This document shows, in pieces, positions 17,572-27,816 of a stretch of 47,222 nucleotides of DNA. This DNA is from Flavobacteriales bacterium (lineage in GTDB: Bacteria > Bacteroidota > Bacteroidia > Flavobacteriales > Flavobacteriaceae), in NCBI GenBank assembly GCA_011525195.1, contig WTIP01000056.1, positions 1-47,222 on the forward strand, written 5' to 3'. The notes beneath the pieces were generated by a model, which was given only the letters and a program-made list of their open reading frames with translations, had not been told where the DNA came from and searched no databases. The position numbers and the translations under genes were made by a program. The first letter of the stretch is position 1, and the number at the start of each line of letters is the position of its first letter.

Positions 17572-19305
17572 CTAGTAGTTAGGATCTTGAGTTAGAGTTG
17601 GCTCACCATCTTTGAATGATCTATCAATAGCATATGTAGGGATTGGATAGAATTCATTTTTAGGTGATGTAAATGATTTCCCTTGAAGATAAATTCTGTA
17701 ACGAGACTCTCTTGAAAGATAATCATTTAAAACTTGTGACTGAACTCCCCATCTTTGAAGATCAAAAAAGCGATTACCTTCCATCGCTGTTTCAAGACGT
17801 GTTTCATATCGAACCGCTCTTCTGGCAATGGCCTGATCTGTCCATGGCTGTGTATATTCGCCAATCACATAGTTAGCTGCTGGATTACCAGTAGTTGTGT
17901 ATTCTGGACGAGTTGCTCCTTGAATAGCTTCAACTTCAAAACCAGCTGGATTAGCTGCACGAGCTCTTATAAGATTTACAAGTGCACGAGCTTCTTCTAA
18001 TTTTCCAAGCTCTACTTTAGCTTCTGCAGCCCAAAGTATAACATGTCCAAGACGCATAATTCTAAAGTTATTGGCTGTAAGGTTACCCCATCCACCTATA
18101 CCGAATCCTTCTGGCTCTGCAACATGTTTTTTAGAAAAATAAGGACCAGCATAAGTAAGATCGCGAATATAATCTACTTGCATGATGTGGAAATCTTTAT
18201 ATAAGATTCCAGGACGTCCTACAGTATGATCTAAACGAGGATCAACACGAGGATCTCCAATTGGCTGTCCTATATTATCTCCAGTTGGGTGTGTAATGTG
18301 ATTAGTTTTCCATGACTCATCAAGCAAAGGAAGACCGTTTGCATCTGTTTGGAAAAAATCAATTAAATCCTGTGGAGCTTGTAAGAATCCACAGCATCCC
18401 CATGGAGATATATAAGGGTGTGCTAATCCAATTTCGGCATTAGTTGCATTAGTATCAGCACTATTTACCGCATATTGAATTTCAAAAATAGATTCTGAGT
18501 TGTTTCTAGTTGCAACTAGATAGTTGTCTTCAAACTTATCTACTAGTGAAAAAGGACCATTATTAATGATATCCATTAATATTGGTTCAGCACCTGCCCA
18601 ATCTCCCTGATAGATTTTAGCCTTTGCTAAATAAGCTTTAGCAGCCCAACTAGTCGCTCTACCTACTTCAGATTGAGTTGCTGGAAGTGCACTTGCTGCA
18701 TCACTAAAATCTTGCTCTATTTGTGCCCAAATTTTACCAGTATTTGGTACTTTAGACGCCTCTAGATCATCTAGACTAAAGTTTGCTTCACTAACATACT
18801 TTGGTGTGCGATACATTTTTTGCATCTCGAAGTGTTGCCACCCTCTAATAAATTTAGCTTCACCAACAATCTCAGCAGCACGACTAGCAGCAATATCTTC
18901 TGCTTCAGCTACACTATTGATTACGTCATTGGCACGAGCTGCACCCCAATAACCTGAACGCCATTTGTCACGATTGTGAACATTAAAGGTGTTAAAGTCA
19001 TAAGACTCAATAAAGGAATGTTCTGGCTGGTCACCTGCGTCTGTTCCTTTAAGCGCATTATCAGAAGATATAGCACCAAAGATCCAAGCCCAAGTTGAAT
19101 AATACCAGGTTCCTCCTCCATCCATACCATAACCAGATAAGGTTCGGTAGGCGGAAATCAATTTACCTTCCACACCATCTGCATTTGCTAATGCAGGTCC
19201 AGAAAGAGAAGCCTGAGGCTCCTTTGTTAAAAACTCTTCAGAACAAGCTGCTGTTAAGGCAACAATTGCTAAAGAAGCGAATAATAGATTTTTTAAATTT
19301 TTCAT
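17572..19305 (-). CDS. RagB/SusD family nutrient-uptake outer membrane lipoprotein
   Basis: 577 aa with a lipoprotein signal (IVALTAAC). It lies 18 nt downstream of the SusC-like gene. TPR-like helices are present, and the RFFDLQRWG motif is characteristic of SusD-like proteins. Confidence 0.85.
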   Translation of the reverse strand: MKNLKNLLFASLAIVALTAACSEEFLTKEPQASLSGPALANADGVEGKLISAYRTLSGYGMDGGGTWYYSTWAWIFGAISSDNALKGTDAGDQPEHSFIESYDFNTFNVHNRDKWRSGYWGAARANDVINSVAEAEDIAASRAAEIVGEAKFIRGWQHFEMQKMYRTPKYVSEANFSLDDLEASKVPNTGKIWAQIEQDFSDAASALPATQSEVGRATSWAAKAYLAKAKIYQGDWAGAEPILMDIINNGPFSLVDKFEDNYLVATRNNSESIFEIQYAVNSADTNATNAEIGLAHPYISPWGCCGFLQAPQDLIDFFQTDANGLPLLDESWKTNHITHPTGDNIGQPIGDPRVDPRLDHTVGRPGILYKDFHIMQVDYIRDLTYAGPYFSKKHVAEPEGFGIGGWGNLTANNFRIMRLGHVILWAAEAKVELGKLEEARALVNLIRARAANPAGFEVEAIQGATRPEYTTTGNPAANYVIGEYTQPWTDQAIARRAVRYETRLETAMEGNRFFDLQRWGVQSQVLNDYLSRESRYRIYLQGKSFTSPKNEFYPIPTYAIDRSFKDGEPTLTQDPNY

Positions 19306-19323
19306 TCTATAAACAATTAAAAA

Positions 19324-22300
19324 TTAAAATAATGATAGATTCAATCCTACTGTAAGTGTTCTCGACACTGGCATAAATCCTCCGTCATATCCTAACTGAA
19401 TATCATTACCTGTTTGAATTTCAGGGTTAAGCCCAGAATAATTCGTAACAGTTAATAGGTTTTGACCTTGGAAATAAATTTGTCCTCCACTGATACCTAA
19501 CGTTTCGTTTAATGCATCATCGAAAGCATATGTTAGCTGTACATTTCTTAATCTAAAGTAAGAACCGTCTTCAATTAAATAAGTAGAAGTTCTACTACTG
19601 ATCTGATCATTTGCATCCATGATTGGAGAAGTTGCATCAGGATTTGCAGCAGTCCATTGTGCTCTAGGCGCAGATGGATTTGCTGGTTGCCATGCTTCTT
19701 CTAACGCTCTTCTTGATCTGTTTCCTTGGAAAGTGTTAAAGTCAGCAAAATAACGTACATAGTTGTATACGTCATTTCCTTGAACTCCGTTTCCAAAGAC
19801 ATTTAGATTAAAGTTTTTATACGCAATATTTAAATTGATACCGTATACAAAATCAGGGTGTGGATTACCAATAATTGTTCTATCCGCATCACTGATCTCT
19901 CCGTCACCGTTGATATCAGCATATTTGAATTTACCAGGAGCATTATATCCTGTAGATCCATAAGGTGCCCAAGCATCTGCTTCAGCTTGAGATTGGAATA
20001 TCCCTAGTACTTCAAATCCATAAAGAGAAGCTATAGGACTTCCCACTTCTGTGATGTTAAGTGCAGGTACCCTTCTGTTTGAACCAAAGATAGGGGTGTC
20101 AAACTCATCTAACTTTTTAATTTCATTTCTGTATGAAGAAATATTACCTCCAAGAGAAACTCTGAAGTCACCAAATTCTTCAGTATAGTTGAGAGCAAAA
20201 TCAATACCTTCGTTATACATCTCTCCAATGTTTACTGCTGGTGCTCCAGCATCTCCTGCAGAGTAAATTACAGGAACGGTAAGAAGTAAGTCAGAAGTTG
20301 TTCTATTCCAAAGATCTAATTCAATGAATAATTTTTGACTTAACAAAGATGCATCAAGTCCAAAGTTATTTGAAACCGTTGCTTCCCATTTTGCTGCTGG
20401 GTTACCGAATTGTGCTGGGTCGTAACCTAAAGTTGCACTAGAAGCACTACCATCGATTGGATAACCTGAATTGTATGAAGATGATCTAAACTGAGTATAG
20501 GCATTGTAGTCTCCAATTTCTTGGTTACCTGTCTGACCCCATCCATAACGGAGTTTTAAATCATCAATCCATGAGATACCAGATAAAAAGTCCTCTTCTG
20601 ATAGTCTCCATCCTAAACTAAAGGCAGGGAATATAGCACTGTTGGTTGCCTGCTTAAAACGAGAAGAAGCATCATTACGAACCGTAACTTGTGCTAAGTA
20701 CTTTTCATTATACTGATAGTTTGCTTGAACAAACTGAGACCATAAAGAGAAGTCTTTATAGATATTACCAAAATTGGACGCTGTAGATTGGTTACCTAGG
20801 TCTAAGTAACTAATAATAGGAGTCGATTCAAATGGGAAACGCTGTCTACCAGCACCAAAATATTCTCCAAATCCTTCGATTGCTTCTACTCCGACATAAG
20901 CACTTATGTCATGAACATCATTGATCATTTTCGCCCAAGATAGGGTATTAGTCCAAGTCCATTCATAACCCCAGTCTTGTGAGCTAGAAGAACTATTGAT
21001 AAAGTTACCTTCCACATATTCTGGCTGTGGTCTTCCGATATTAAGGGCTCTTCTTGTAGTTACATCAGCACCAAAGCTTGATTTAAATTTGAAATCTTCA
21101 GCAATAGTTAGCTGAGCGTAAACATTACCAAACATACGCGCTCTTCGCGCTCTATCGTCTTGGTTTCTGAACTGAGAAGCATAAGGATTGAAGTTGTTAC
21201 CTAAGTTCAAACCACGAGAACCTGCAAAGTTTCCAGCAATATCATAATTTGGAAGAAGCGGGTGGTGTTTATAAGCACCTGAAACCGCGTTTTGCTCACC
21301 ATCATTATTGTATCCTCCTTTTCTGTTATCTAATGACAACGTAAAGTTTTCTCCAATTTCTAAGCGATCACCTAGTGTCTTAGTTGAAGAGTTCATACGA
21401 ATAGACGCTCTCTCATAACCTTGATATTTAATAACAGCGTCTTGGCTGAAATAAGTGGCATTGAAAGCGTATTGTGATTTTTCGTTTGCGGCACTTGCAT
21501 CAATTGAATGTTGCAGCATTGGCGCATTAGAATTTGTCATAAGCTCCCACCAGTTAGTATCCGCAGATCTTGTGATCGCATAGATATTATCTGGAGTAAG
21601 AGAATATAATGACTCGTCTACAGAATTTGCTCCACTAGGGAAAACATAGTTAGGAATAGAGATCTGAGGGTTCTCAGGTGTACCACTAAAACCATACTGA
21701 CCGTGTGAAGGTGTTTTCCCTGCATAGTAGTCAGCTAAGTAAAGATATTCACCTAAACCTCTTGCGTCAAGTGCTTCTACGTCTTTTTCAGGAGTTTGCC
21801 ATCCATAAAAAGTACTGTAGTTAATTCTAGGCTCCCCTACTTTACCTTTTTTAGTAGTAATAATGATTACCCCGTTTGCCGCACGAGAACCGTAGATAGA
21901 AGCTGCAGAAGCATCTTTCAAAATCTGTAAAGACTCGATATCTTGTGGGTTTAAGTTACCTTGAGACTGTGAAGGTACACCGTCGATAACATAAAGTGGG
22001 TTGTTATTTCCTATCGTACCGAATCCACGAATACGAACAGTTGCTTCTCCACCTGGCGTTGCATCACTTACAATCGAAATACCAGAGGCACGACCTTGCA
22101 TTTGCTGCGAAAAGGTAGTTGCAGGAACAGATGTTAATTCATCTGCTTCAATGGTTGATACAGCACCGGTAATATCTCTTTTAGATTGTGTACCATAACC
22201 TGTAGTTACAATTACTTCCTCTAAAAGATTTCCTAGTGCCATCAGAATTGTTAGATTGTCCCCAGAAACAGCAACCTCTTGGGTTTGATATCCTACAAAA

Positions 22301-22515
22301 GAAACAATAAGGATATCGCCCTGAGCTGCTTCAATTGAGAAATTACCATCAAAGTCTGTAGTGGCAAAATTGCTAGAACCCTGAACCAGTACCGTAGCGC
22401 CAGGCAGAGGCCCATCATCACTCGTTACGACACCCGTAACATTTTGAGCATAAATTCCCAAACTCAACAACATAGTGAAGAGAAACGAGAATTTCTTTAA
22501 AAACTCTTTTTTCAT
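19324..22515 (-). CDS. SusC/RagA family TonB-linked outer membrane protein
   Basis: 1063 aa. Signal peptide, carboxypeptidase-regulatory-like N-domain (VTGVVTSDDGPLPGATVLVQGS), TonB-box/plug (EEVIVTTGYGTQSKRDITGAVSTI; NPLYVIDGVP; ILKDASAASIYGSRAANGVIIITTKKG) and a C-terminal Phe. No STN signalling domain. Confidence 0.9.
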   Translation of the reverse strand: MKKEFLKKFSFLFTMLLSLGIYAQNVTGVVTSDDGPLPGATVLVQGSSNFATTDFDGNFSIEAAQGDILIVSFVGYQTQEVAVSGDNLTILMALGNLLEEVIVTTGYGTQSKRDITGAVSTIEADELTSVPATTFSQQMQGRASGISIVSDATPGGEATVRIRGFGTIGNNNPLYVIDGVPSQSQGNLNPQDIESLQILKDASAASIYGSRAANGVIIITTKKGKVGEPRINYSTFYGWQTPEKDVEALDARGLGEYLYLADYYAGKTPSHGQYGFSGTPENPQISIPNYVFPSGANSVDESLYSLTPDNIYAITRSADTNWWELMTNSNAPMLQHSIDASAANEKSQYAFNATYFSQDAVIKYQGYERASIRMNSSTKTLGDRLEIGENFTLSLDNRKGGYNNDGEQNAVSGAYKHHPLLPNYDIAGNFAGSRGLNLGNNFNPYASQFRNQDDRARRARMFGNVYAQLTIAEDFKFKSSFGADVTTRRALNIGRPQPEYVEGNFINSSSSSQDWGYEWTWTNTLSWAKMINDVHDISAYVGVEAIEGFGEYFGAGRQRFPFESTPIISYLDLGNQSTASNFGNIYKDFSLWSQFVQANYQYNEKYLAQVTVRNDASSRFKQATNSAIFPAFSLGWRLSEEDFLSGISWIDDLKLRYGWGQTGNQEIGDYNAYTQFRSSSYNSGYPIDGSASSATLGYDPAQFGNPAAKWEATVSNNFGLDASLLSQKLFIELDLWNRTTSDLLLTVPVIYSAGDAGAPAVNIGEMYNEGIDFALNYTEEFGDFRVSLGGNISSYRNEIKKLDEFDTPIFGSNRRVPALNITEVGSPIASLYGFEVLGIFQSQAEADAWAPYGSTGYNAPGKFKYADINGDGEISDADRTIIGNPHPDFVYGINLNIAYKNFNLNVFGNGVQGNDVYNYVRYFADFNTFQGNRSRRALEEAWQPANPSAPRAQWTAANPDATSPIMDANDQISSRTSTYLIEDGSYFRLRNVQLTYAFDDALNETLGISGGQIYFQGQNLLTVTNYSGLNPEIQTGNDIQLGYDGGFMPVSRTLTVGLNLSLF

Positions 22516-22764
22516 AATTTGGTTTATTTAATTTAATTAATAAGTAGTTTAACTTAATGTAGAAGCAATTATAATAAAAATTTGAGGTTTTACTAAATTT
22601 TTGTTAAAAATATTTTTTTCTGTTGATCAGTAAAAATGAGGCCTAATAATCCTTCTAGTTTATTCAAATAGATCGTAAAACCTTGTTTTTATTGAAATAA
22701 CAGAGATTTAAGATGTATAAAAAACGCTTTTCTAATTCAAAAAAGTCTTGTTAAACTCACTGTG

Positions 22765-22795
22765 TTGTTTAACAAAATGGCGGATTGTTTAACAA
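22765..22795. promoter_or_regulatory. two identical palindromic boxes TTGTTtAACAA spaced 20 bp apart (candidate operator upstream of susC-like gene)
   Basis: TTGTTTAACAAA occurs at 22765-22776 and again at 22785-22796. Each is an inverted repeat, TTGTT-t-AACAA. A third partial copy in the other orientation (TTGTTAAAC) lies at 22748-22756. Confidence 0.3.
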
Positions 22796-22845
22796 ATAAA
22801 TTAGGATTAATTAATCTAGTAGATAAACCATCAGGGTGGTATTTT

Positions 22846-23769
22846 TTATTTCAGGAACTTTATATTACGCTGTAAGCCCTCATATTTCGTTCTATTTACT
22901 GCGCTTTTTCTAAATACAGTATTAAAAACCACTTCATTCATTTCTTCCCATTCTTTTTTTGTTAAGGAAAGTAGTTCAGGATGGGGCTCAAAATCAGGCT
23001 CTTGATGGGTTGTGGCAAAGCGGTTCCATGGACAAACAGTTTGACAAACGTCACAACCAAAAGCCCAGTTATCCATCTTCCCTTGAAATTCATTGGGAAT
23101 GGCTTCCTTTAATTCTATCGTCAAATAAGAGATGCATTTACTGCCATCAATCTGATAGGGCTGAATGAGTGCCTCTGTTGGACAAGCATCAATACAGGCT
23201 GTACAACTTCCACAATGGTCTGTAACAGGGGTATCGTATTCAAGGTCCAGATCGAGAATCAATTCCGCAATAAAAAAAAAGGAGCCCACTTTTTTAGAAA
23301 TCAAATTGGTATTTTTCCCTATCCAGCCCAGACCACTTTTGGCTGCCCATGCTTTATCCATAACGGGGGCAGAATCAACAAACACCCTACCATTGACCTC
23401 ACCAATCTCGCGACGGAGAATCTCCATGAAGGCTTTAAGTTTATTTTTAATCACTAAGTGATAGTCAACGCCATAAGCATAAGTTGAAATTTTGGGTGCT
23501 TCAGGATCTTTTTGTTTTTGATCACTGTGATAGTTATAGAGTAAAGAGACAATACTTTTTGCCCCCGGAACTAAGCGTCTAGGGTCTAATCTTTTATCAA
23601 AATTACGCTCCATATAAGACATCGTACCGTGATGCCCTCCCCGCAGCCAAGCTTCTAGTTTGGGTGCCTCTGCTTCTAAAAAATCTGCTTTGGAGATCCC
23701 ACAGGATAAAAAACCCAATTGGCGTGCTGAATTTTTAATAATTGTACTGTATTCAGAGGGTGTGCCCAT
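22846..23769 (-). CDS. queG: tRNA epoxyqueuosine(34) reductase
   Basis: 307 aa with a typical QueG N-terminus ([14 protein letters not shown]...[10 protein letters not shown]) and two 4Fe-4S ferredoxin motifs ([12 protein letters not shown]; [13 protein letters not shown]). Confidence 0.9.
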   Translation of the reverse strand: MGTPSEYSTIIKNSARQLGFLSCGISKADFLEAEAPKLEAWLRGGHHGTMSYMERNFDKRLDPRRLVPGAKSIVSLLYNYHSDQKQKDPEAPKISTYAYGVDYHLVIKNKLKAFMEILRREIGEVNGRVFVDSAPVMDKAWAAKSGLGWIGKNTNLISKKVGSFFFIAELILDLDLEYDTPVTDHCGSCTACIDACPTEALIQPYQIDGSKCISYLTIELKEAIPNEFQGKMDNWAFGCDVCQTVCPWNRFATTHQEPDFEPHPELLSLTKKEWEEMNEVVFNTVFRKSAVNRTKYEGLQRNIKFLK

Positions 23770-23779
23770 GGGTGCTGCA

Positions 23780-24799
23780 TTAAAATAATCCTTCTTGATT
23801 ATTTTTAATTCTTCCCAAATGACTATATGCCAAAGCGGTTACTTCTCTTCCCCGGGGTGTTCTCACTATAAATCCCTGCTGGATCAAAAAGGGCTCATAG
23901 ACTTCTTCTATTGTTTCTGCATTTTCTGAAACGGCAGTGGCTAGTGTGGTAATTCCTACAGGGCCTCCTTTAAACTTATCAATAAGGGTGGATAAAATCT
24001 TATTGTCCATTTCATCTAATCCATGGGCATCGACTTGTAGTGCCTTTAAACCGAACTGGGTAATTGGAAGGTCAATTGTACCATTTCCCTTAATTTGGGC
24101 AAAATCACGCACACGGCGAAGCAATCCATTTGAAATTCTCGGTGTGCCTCTACTTCTTCCTGCAATTTCAATTGCAGCGTCTTGCTGAATGGGTACATTT
24201 AAAATTTCGGCACTTCTTGTAATTATAGTAGAAAGGAGTTCTGTAGTATAATAAGACAATCGGTTGCTAATCCCAAAACGAGCCCGCATAGGCGCAGTTA
24301 AAAGGCCGGATCGCGTAGTAGCACCTACTAAAGTAAAAGGCTCTAAATTGATTTGAACGGTTCTGGCGTTTGGGCCCGATTCAATCATAATATCAATCTT
24401 ATAATCCTCCATAGCTGAATATAGATATTCTTCAACTACAGGACTCAAGCGATGAATCTCATCAATAAATAAAATATCCCGAGCCTGAAGATTCGTCAAT
24501 AATCCTGCTAAATCCCCTGGCTTGTCTAATACAGGTCCAGAAGTCATTTTGATACCGACTTCTAATTCATTTGCCAAAATATGGGCTAATGTGGTTTTAC
24601 CCAGTCCGGGTGGACCGTGAAAAAGAGTATGATCTAATGCTTCACCACGCTGTCTAGCCGCCTGCACAAAAACTTTAAGATTTTCTAAAATGGCCTCCTG
24701 ACCTGCAAAATCATCAAAACTTAACGGACGTAATGCGCGGTCTATGTCTTGTTCTTCAGGGGAGAATTGGTCGTCAGTCGGATCTAGATATTCATTCAT
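23780..24799 (-). CDS. ruvB: Holliday junction branch migration DNA helicase RuvB
   Basis: 339 aa with Walker [10 protein letters not shown], Walker [11 protein letters not shown], sensor/arginine motifs, and a winged-helix C-terminus. Confidence 0.95.
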   Translation of the reverse strand: MNEYLDPTDDQFSPEEQDIDRALRPLSFDDFAGQEAILENLKVFVQAARQRGEALDHTLFHGPPGLGKTTLAHILANELEVGIKMTSGPVLDKPGDLAGLLTNLQARDILFIDEIHRLSPVVEEYLYSAMEDYKIDIMIESGPNARTVQINLEPFTLVGATTRSGLLTAPMRARFGISNRLSYYTTELLSTIITRSAEILNVPIQQDAAIEIAGRSRGTPRISNGLLRRVRDFAQIKGNGTIDLPITQFGLKALQVDAHGLDEMDNKILSTLIDKFKGGPVGITTLATAVSENAETIEEVYEPFLIQQGFIVRTPRGREVTALAYSHLGRIKNNQEGLF

Positions 24800-24804
24800 T
24801 AACT

Positions 24805-24812
24805 CAAAGATA
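24805..24812 (-). promoter_or_regulatory. candidate -7 box TATCTTTG immediately upstream of ruvB
   Basis: Plus-strand caaagata reads TATCTTTG (a perfect TAnnTTTG) on the minus strand, only 5 nt from the ruvB ATG and downstream of the cox terminator. This would imply a leaderless or near-leaderless mRNA. Confidence 0.25.
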
Positions 24813-24872
24813 CTCTTTCTTTAGCATTTAAGTAATCCTTAGCATAGTAGAACCCAAAACAGTATTAAATAA

Positions 24873-24900
24873 AAAACCCAACTCTAAAAAGCTGGGTTTT
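24873..24900 (-). terminator. rho-independent terminator after cytochrome oxidase subunit I
   Basis: Minus-strand RNA is AAAACCCAGCU-UUUUAG-AGUUGGGUUUU followed by UUAUUU. It lies 25 nt downstream of the coxI stop. Confidence 0.55.
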
Positions 24901-24924
24901 GATCTAAATTCAATAATCTTTTAC

Positions 24925-26712
24925 CTAGTGTTGTAGTTCTTCTTCCCCTTTTTTAAGTGGGATGTGCTGAGGTACAAAATCTTCCTCATGTCCAGGTTTT
25001 GAGTAATCATAAGCCCAGCGGTGTACATGGGGAATTTCGCCCTCCCAGTTGCCGTGGAAATGCTCTATAGGAGCCGTCCATTCAAGTGTATTAGATCTCC
25101 ATGGGTTTTGCTCTGTTTCTTTACCATAGAACATACTATGAATAAAGTTATATAAAAATACGAGCTGTGCTGCTCCAGCGATAAGAGCGAAAACGGTAAT
25201 CAATACATTAATATCTGCTAGATCATCAAAATAAGGGAAGGCTGTATTGGTATAATATCTTCTCGGTAAACCTGCCATACCAATAAAATGCATAGGGAAA
25301 AAGACACCATAAGCACAAACAGCAGTCACCCAGAAGTGGATATATCCTAGATTTTTATTCATCATACGTCCAAACATTTTAGGGAACCAATGATAGACCC
25401 CTGCAAATAATCCATATAATGCTGAAATACCCATTACTAAATGGAAATGGGCAACTACAAAATAGGTATCGTGAACATTGATATCTAAAGTACTGTCTCC
25501 AAGTATGATTCCTGTAAGTCCTCCTGTGATAAAAGTAGAAACCAGACCGATAGAAAATAGCATCGCTGGATTCAACTGTAAGTTCCCTTTCCAAAGTGTC
25601 GTGATATAATTAAATGCCTTAACCGCAGAGGGAATTGCAATAAGGAGAGTAGTAAATGTAAATACAGACCCTAAAAAAGGATTCATACCAGAAATAAACA
25701 TGTGATGCCCCCATACTATCGTAGAAAGGAATGCAATCGCAAGTATAGAAGCAACCATGGCTCGATATCCAAAAATAGGTTTACGTGCATGGGTAGCAAT
25801 AATTTCAGAAGTTATACCTAGAGCAGGCAGCAGAACAATATAAACTTCAGGATGTCCTAAAAACCAAAAGAGGTGTTCATAAAGGACGGGTGATCCTCCT
25901 TGATAGTGCAAAACTTCTCCTTGTATAAAAATATCTGAAAGGAAAAATGAAGTGCCAAAGCTTCGGTCCATAATCAGGAGTAATGCGGCAGAAAGCAATA
26001 CAGGGAAGGATACTACTCCAATAATAGCGGTTACAAAAAAGGCCCAAATAGTAAGCGGTAGGCGTGTCATACTCATTCCTTTTGTTCTGAGATTGATCAC
26101 TGTAACAATATAATTTAATGATCCCAATAAAGAAGAGGCAATAAAGATGGCCATAGAAACCAACCATAAAGTCATTCCCATTCCCGATCCAGGTTGTGCT
26201 TGTGGTAGCGCACTTAAGGGAGGATAAATTGTCCACCCGGCAGCTGCAGGTCCCGCTTCAACAAATAAAGAAAGAACCATAATCACACTGGACAAGAAAA
26301 ACAACCAGAAAGAGATCATATTCAATAAGCCAGAAGCCATATCCCTTGCGCCTATCTGAAGGGGAATCAAAAGGTTACTAAAGGTACCACTCAAACCAGC
26401 AGTGAGTACAAAAAAGACCATAATTGTCCCGTGAATTGTAACAAGTGCGAGATAAACATTAGGATCCATCACCCCTTCTGGAGCCCATTTCCCTAGAAGG
26501 ACTTCAAAAACCCCAAAAGACTGCTCAGGCCAGGCAAGTTGTAAACGAAATAAAAGCGACATGGCAATCCCTATAATTCCCATAAAGAGACCCGTAATCA
26601 AATATTGCTTAGAAATCATCTTATGGTCTTGGCTAAAGACGTATTTCGTAACAAAAGTTTCTTTGTGATGATGTCCGTGATCCTCTTCGATGTGTGCTGC
26701 TGCTGTTGACAT
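24925..26712 (-). CDS. ctaD: cytochrome c oxidase subunit I (heme-copper oxidase, A-type)
   Basis: 595 aa and multi-TM. Motifs: GHPEVYIVLLPALG (CuB His / cross-linked Tyr), WGHHMF (CuB His-His), VAHFHLVM (heme ligands). Confidence 0.95.
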   Translation of the reverse strand: MSTAAAHIEEDHGHHHKETFVTKYVFSQDHKMISKQYLITGLFMGIIGIAMSLLFRLQLAWPEQSFGVFEVLLGKWAPEGVMDPNVYLALVTIHGTIMVFFVLTAGLSGTFSNLLIPLQIGARDMASGLLNMISFWLFFLSSVIMVLSLFVEAGPAAAGWTIYPPLSALPQAQPGSGMGMTLWLVSMAIFIASSLLGSLNYIVTVINLRTKGMSMTRLPLTIWAFFVTAIIGVVSFPVLLSAALLLIMDRSFGTSFFLSDIFIQGEVLHYQGGSPVLYEHLFWFLGHPEVYIVLLPALGITSEIIATHARKPIFGYRAMVASILAIAFLSTIVWGHHMFISGMNPFLGSVFTFTTLLIAIPSAVKAFNYITTLWKGNLQLNPAMLFSIGLVSTFITGGLTGIILGDSTLDINVHDTYFVVAHFHLVMGISALYGLFAGVYHWFPKMFGRMMNKNLGYIHFWVTAVCAYGVFFPMHFIGMAGLPRRYYTNTAFPYFDDLADINVLITVFALIAGAAQLVFLYNFIHSMFYGKETEQNPWRSNTLEWTAPIEHFHGNWEGEIPHVHRWAYDYSKPGHEEDFVPQHIPLKKGEEELQH

Positions 26713-26732
26713 AATCTTAGTTTTTATATTAA

Positions 26733-27797
26733 TTATTGGATAACTTCAGCAAAAGTCTGCTGTGAACTCATCCACTCTTCAAATTCTTTTTCTGTTTCTA
26801 CAATGATCTTCATCTGCATATTGTAGTGAGAAGCGCCACAAATTTTATTGCAAAGTAAAAGAAAATCAAATTCATAAGGATCTAGTGCTGTATCCCCTTG
26901 AGCAATTAATTCTTTACTTTTTTCAACTCGCAATTTATTTATTTTTTTGACTTTAGCCACAATGTCTTCGTCTTGGCGCATCTCCTCAGTTGTCTTGTTA
27001 GGGGTAAATGCAAATTCGGTTATCATACCAGGCACACAATTCATTTGTGCTCTAAAGTGTGGCATATAGGCGGAATGTAAAACATCCTGTGAACGCATTT
27101 TAAAAATCACCTCTCTGCCTACTGGTAAATGTAATTCTTGAACCACCACATCATCAAAGCCATTAGGATCTGTCGCGTCTATTCCTACCAGATTACGCCC
27201 ATCAAAATCTTGAAGAAAACGAACATTCGCGTCTCCAAGCACACCATCTTCTCCTGCATAACGTGCTTTCCAGTTAAATTGCTGCGCATAGAGTTCTACG
27301 ACAAGTGCCTCTTCATTTTCTTCTACCGTCATAATATCAGTCCAGGTATAGAGCCCATATAAGATTAGACCTGCTAGTGTGATGACTGGAATAATGGTCC
27401 AAATCATTTCAAGTTTATCATTGTCTGCATAAAACAAGGCTTTTTTTCCTTTTTCTCCTCTGTATTTATAAGAGAAATAGTGGAGTAATGCCTGGGTAAT
27501 CGTCTGAACAAAGAAGATAATTCCAAAAGAAATCCACATTAAAGTATCGTATTCAGAACCGTGTTCCGAAGCCGCTTGAGGGAGCAGCACATCTCCGTAG
27601 GCCCAAAAAGAAAAGATCGTGATTCCGTAGATAAAAATCAAAAAAGCGAACATCAACTTTCCATTGAGGTTGTTGTCTGAATCATCCGCAACTTGAGTAT
27701 TTACTTTTTTTGGCTGAGAGAGTTCAAAAATCTTGGTGATTTGCCAGATTGCAATGGCAATCAAAACAAGTACAGTAAGTATCAAAAATATATTCAT
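26733..27797 (-). CDS. ctaC: cytochrome c oxidase subunit II (no fused cytochrome c domain)
   Basis: 354 aa with N-terminal TM helices and CuA ligands (DVLHSAYMPHF ... CNKICGASHYNM, i.e. Cx3Cx3Hx2M). No CxxCH motif is present. Confidence 0.88.
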   Translation of the reverse strand: MNIFLILTVLVLIAIAIWQITKIFELSQPKKVNTQVADDSDNNLNGKLMFAFLIFIYGITIFSFWAYGDVLLPQAASEHGSEYDTLMWISFGIIFFVQTITQALLHYFSYKYRGEKGKKALFYADNDKLEMIWTIIPVITLAGLILYGLYTWTDIMTVEENEEALVVELYAQQFNWKARYAGEDGVLGDANVRFLQDFDGRNLVGIDATDPNGFDDVVVQELHLPVGREVIFKMRSQDVLHSAYMPHFRAQMNCVPGMITEFAFTPNKTTEEMRQDEDIVAKVKKINKLRVEKSKELIAQGDTALDPYEFDFLLLCNKICGASHYNMQMKIIVETEKEFEEWMSSQQTFAEVIQ

Positions 27798-27816
27798 TTA
27801 CCTTTTCGATTTATTT

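Noticed and set aside
22516-22845. Possible riboswitch (e.g. cobalamin) or small peptide ORFs (11-32 codons) in the long susC upstream region
   Set aside because: The region is extremely AT-rich, with no GC-rich conserved core such as a B12 box. The mini-ORFs have no supporting signals.
23272-23280. A9 homopolymer inside queG (encodes Phe-Phe-Phe on the minus strand) as a possible slipped-strand phase-variation site
   Set aside because: Runs of this length are expected by chance in a genome this AT-rich. queG is a housekeeping tRNA-modification gene and the frame is intact.
25877-26236. Alternative-frame minus-strand ORFs inside coxI (25877-26236, 25379-25594), actC (30993-31337), actF (28655-28879) and actA (35530-35724)
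   Set aside because: They are same-strand, out-of-frame overlaps with strongly supported respiratory genes. Their compositions are Cys/Arg/Tyr-rich and implausible.
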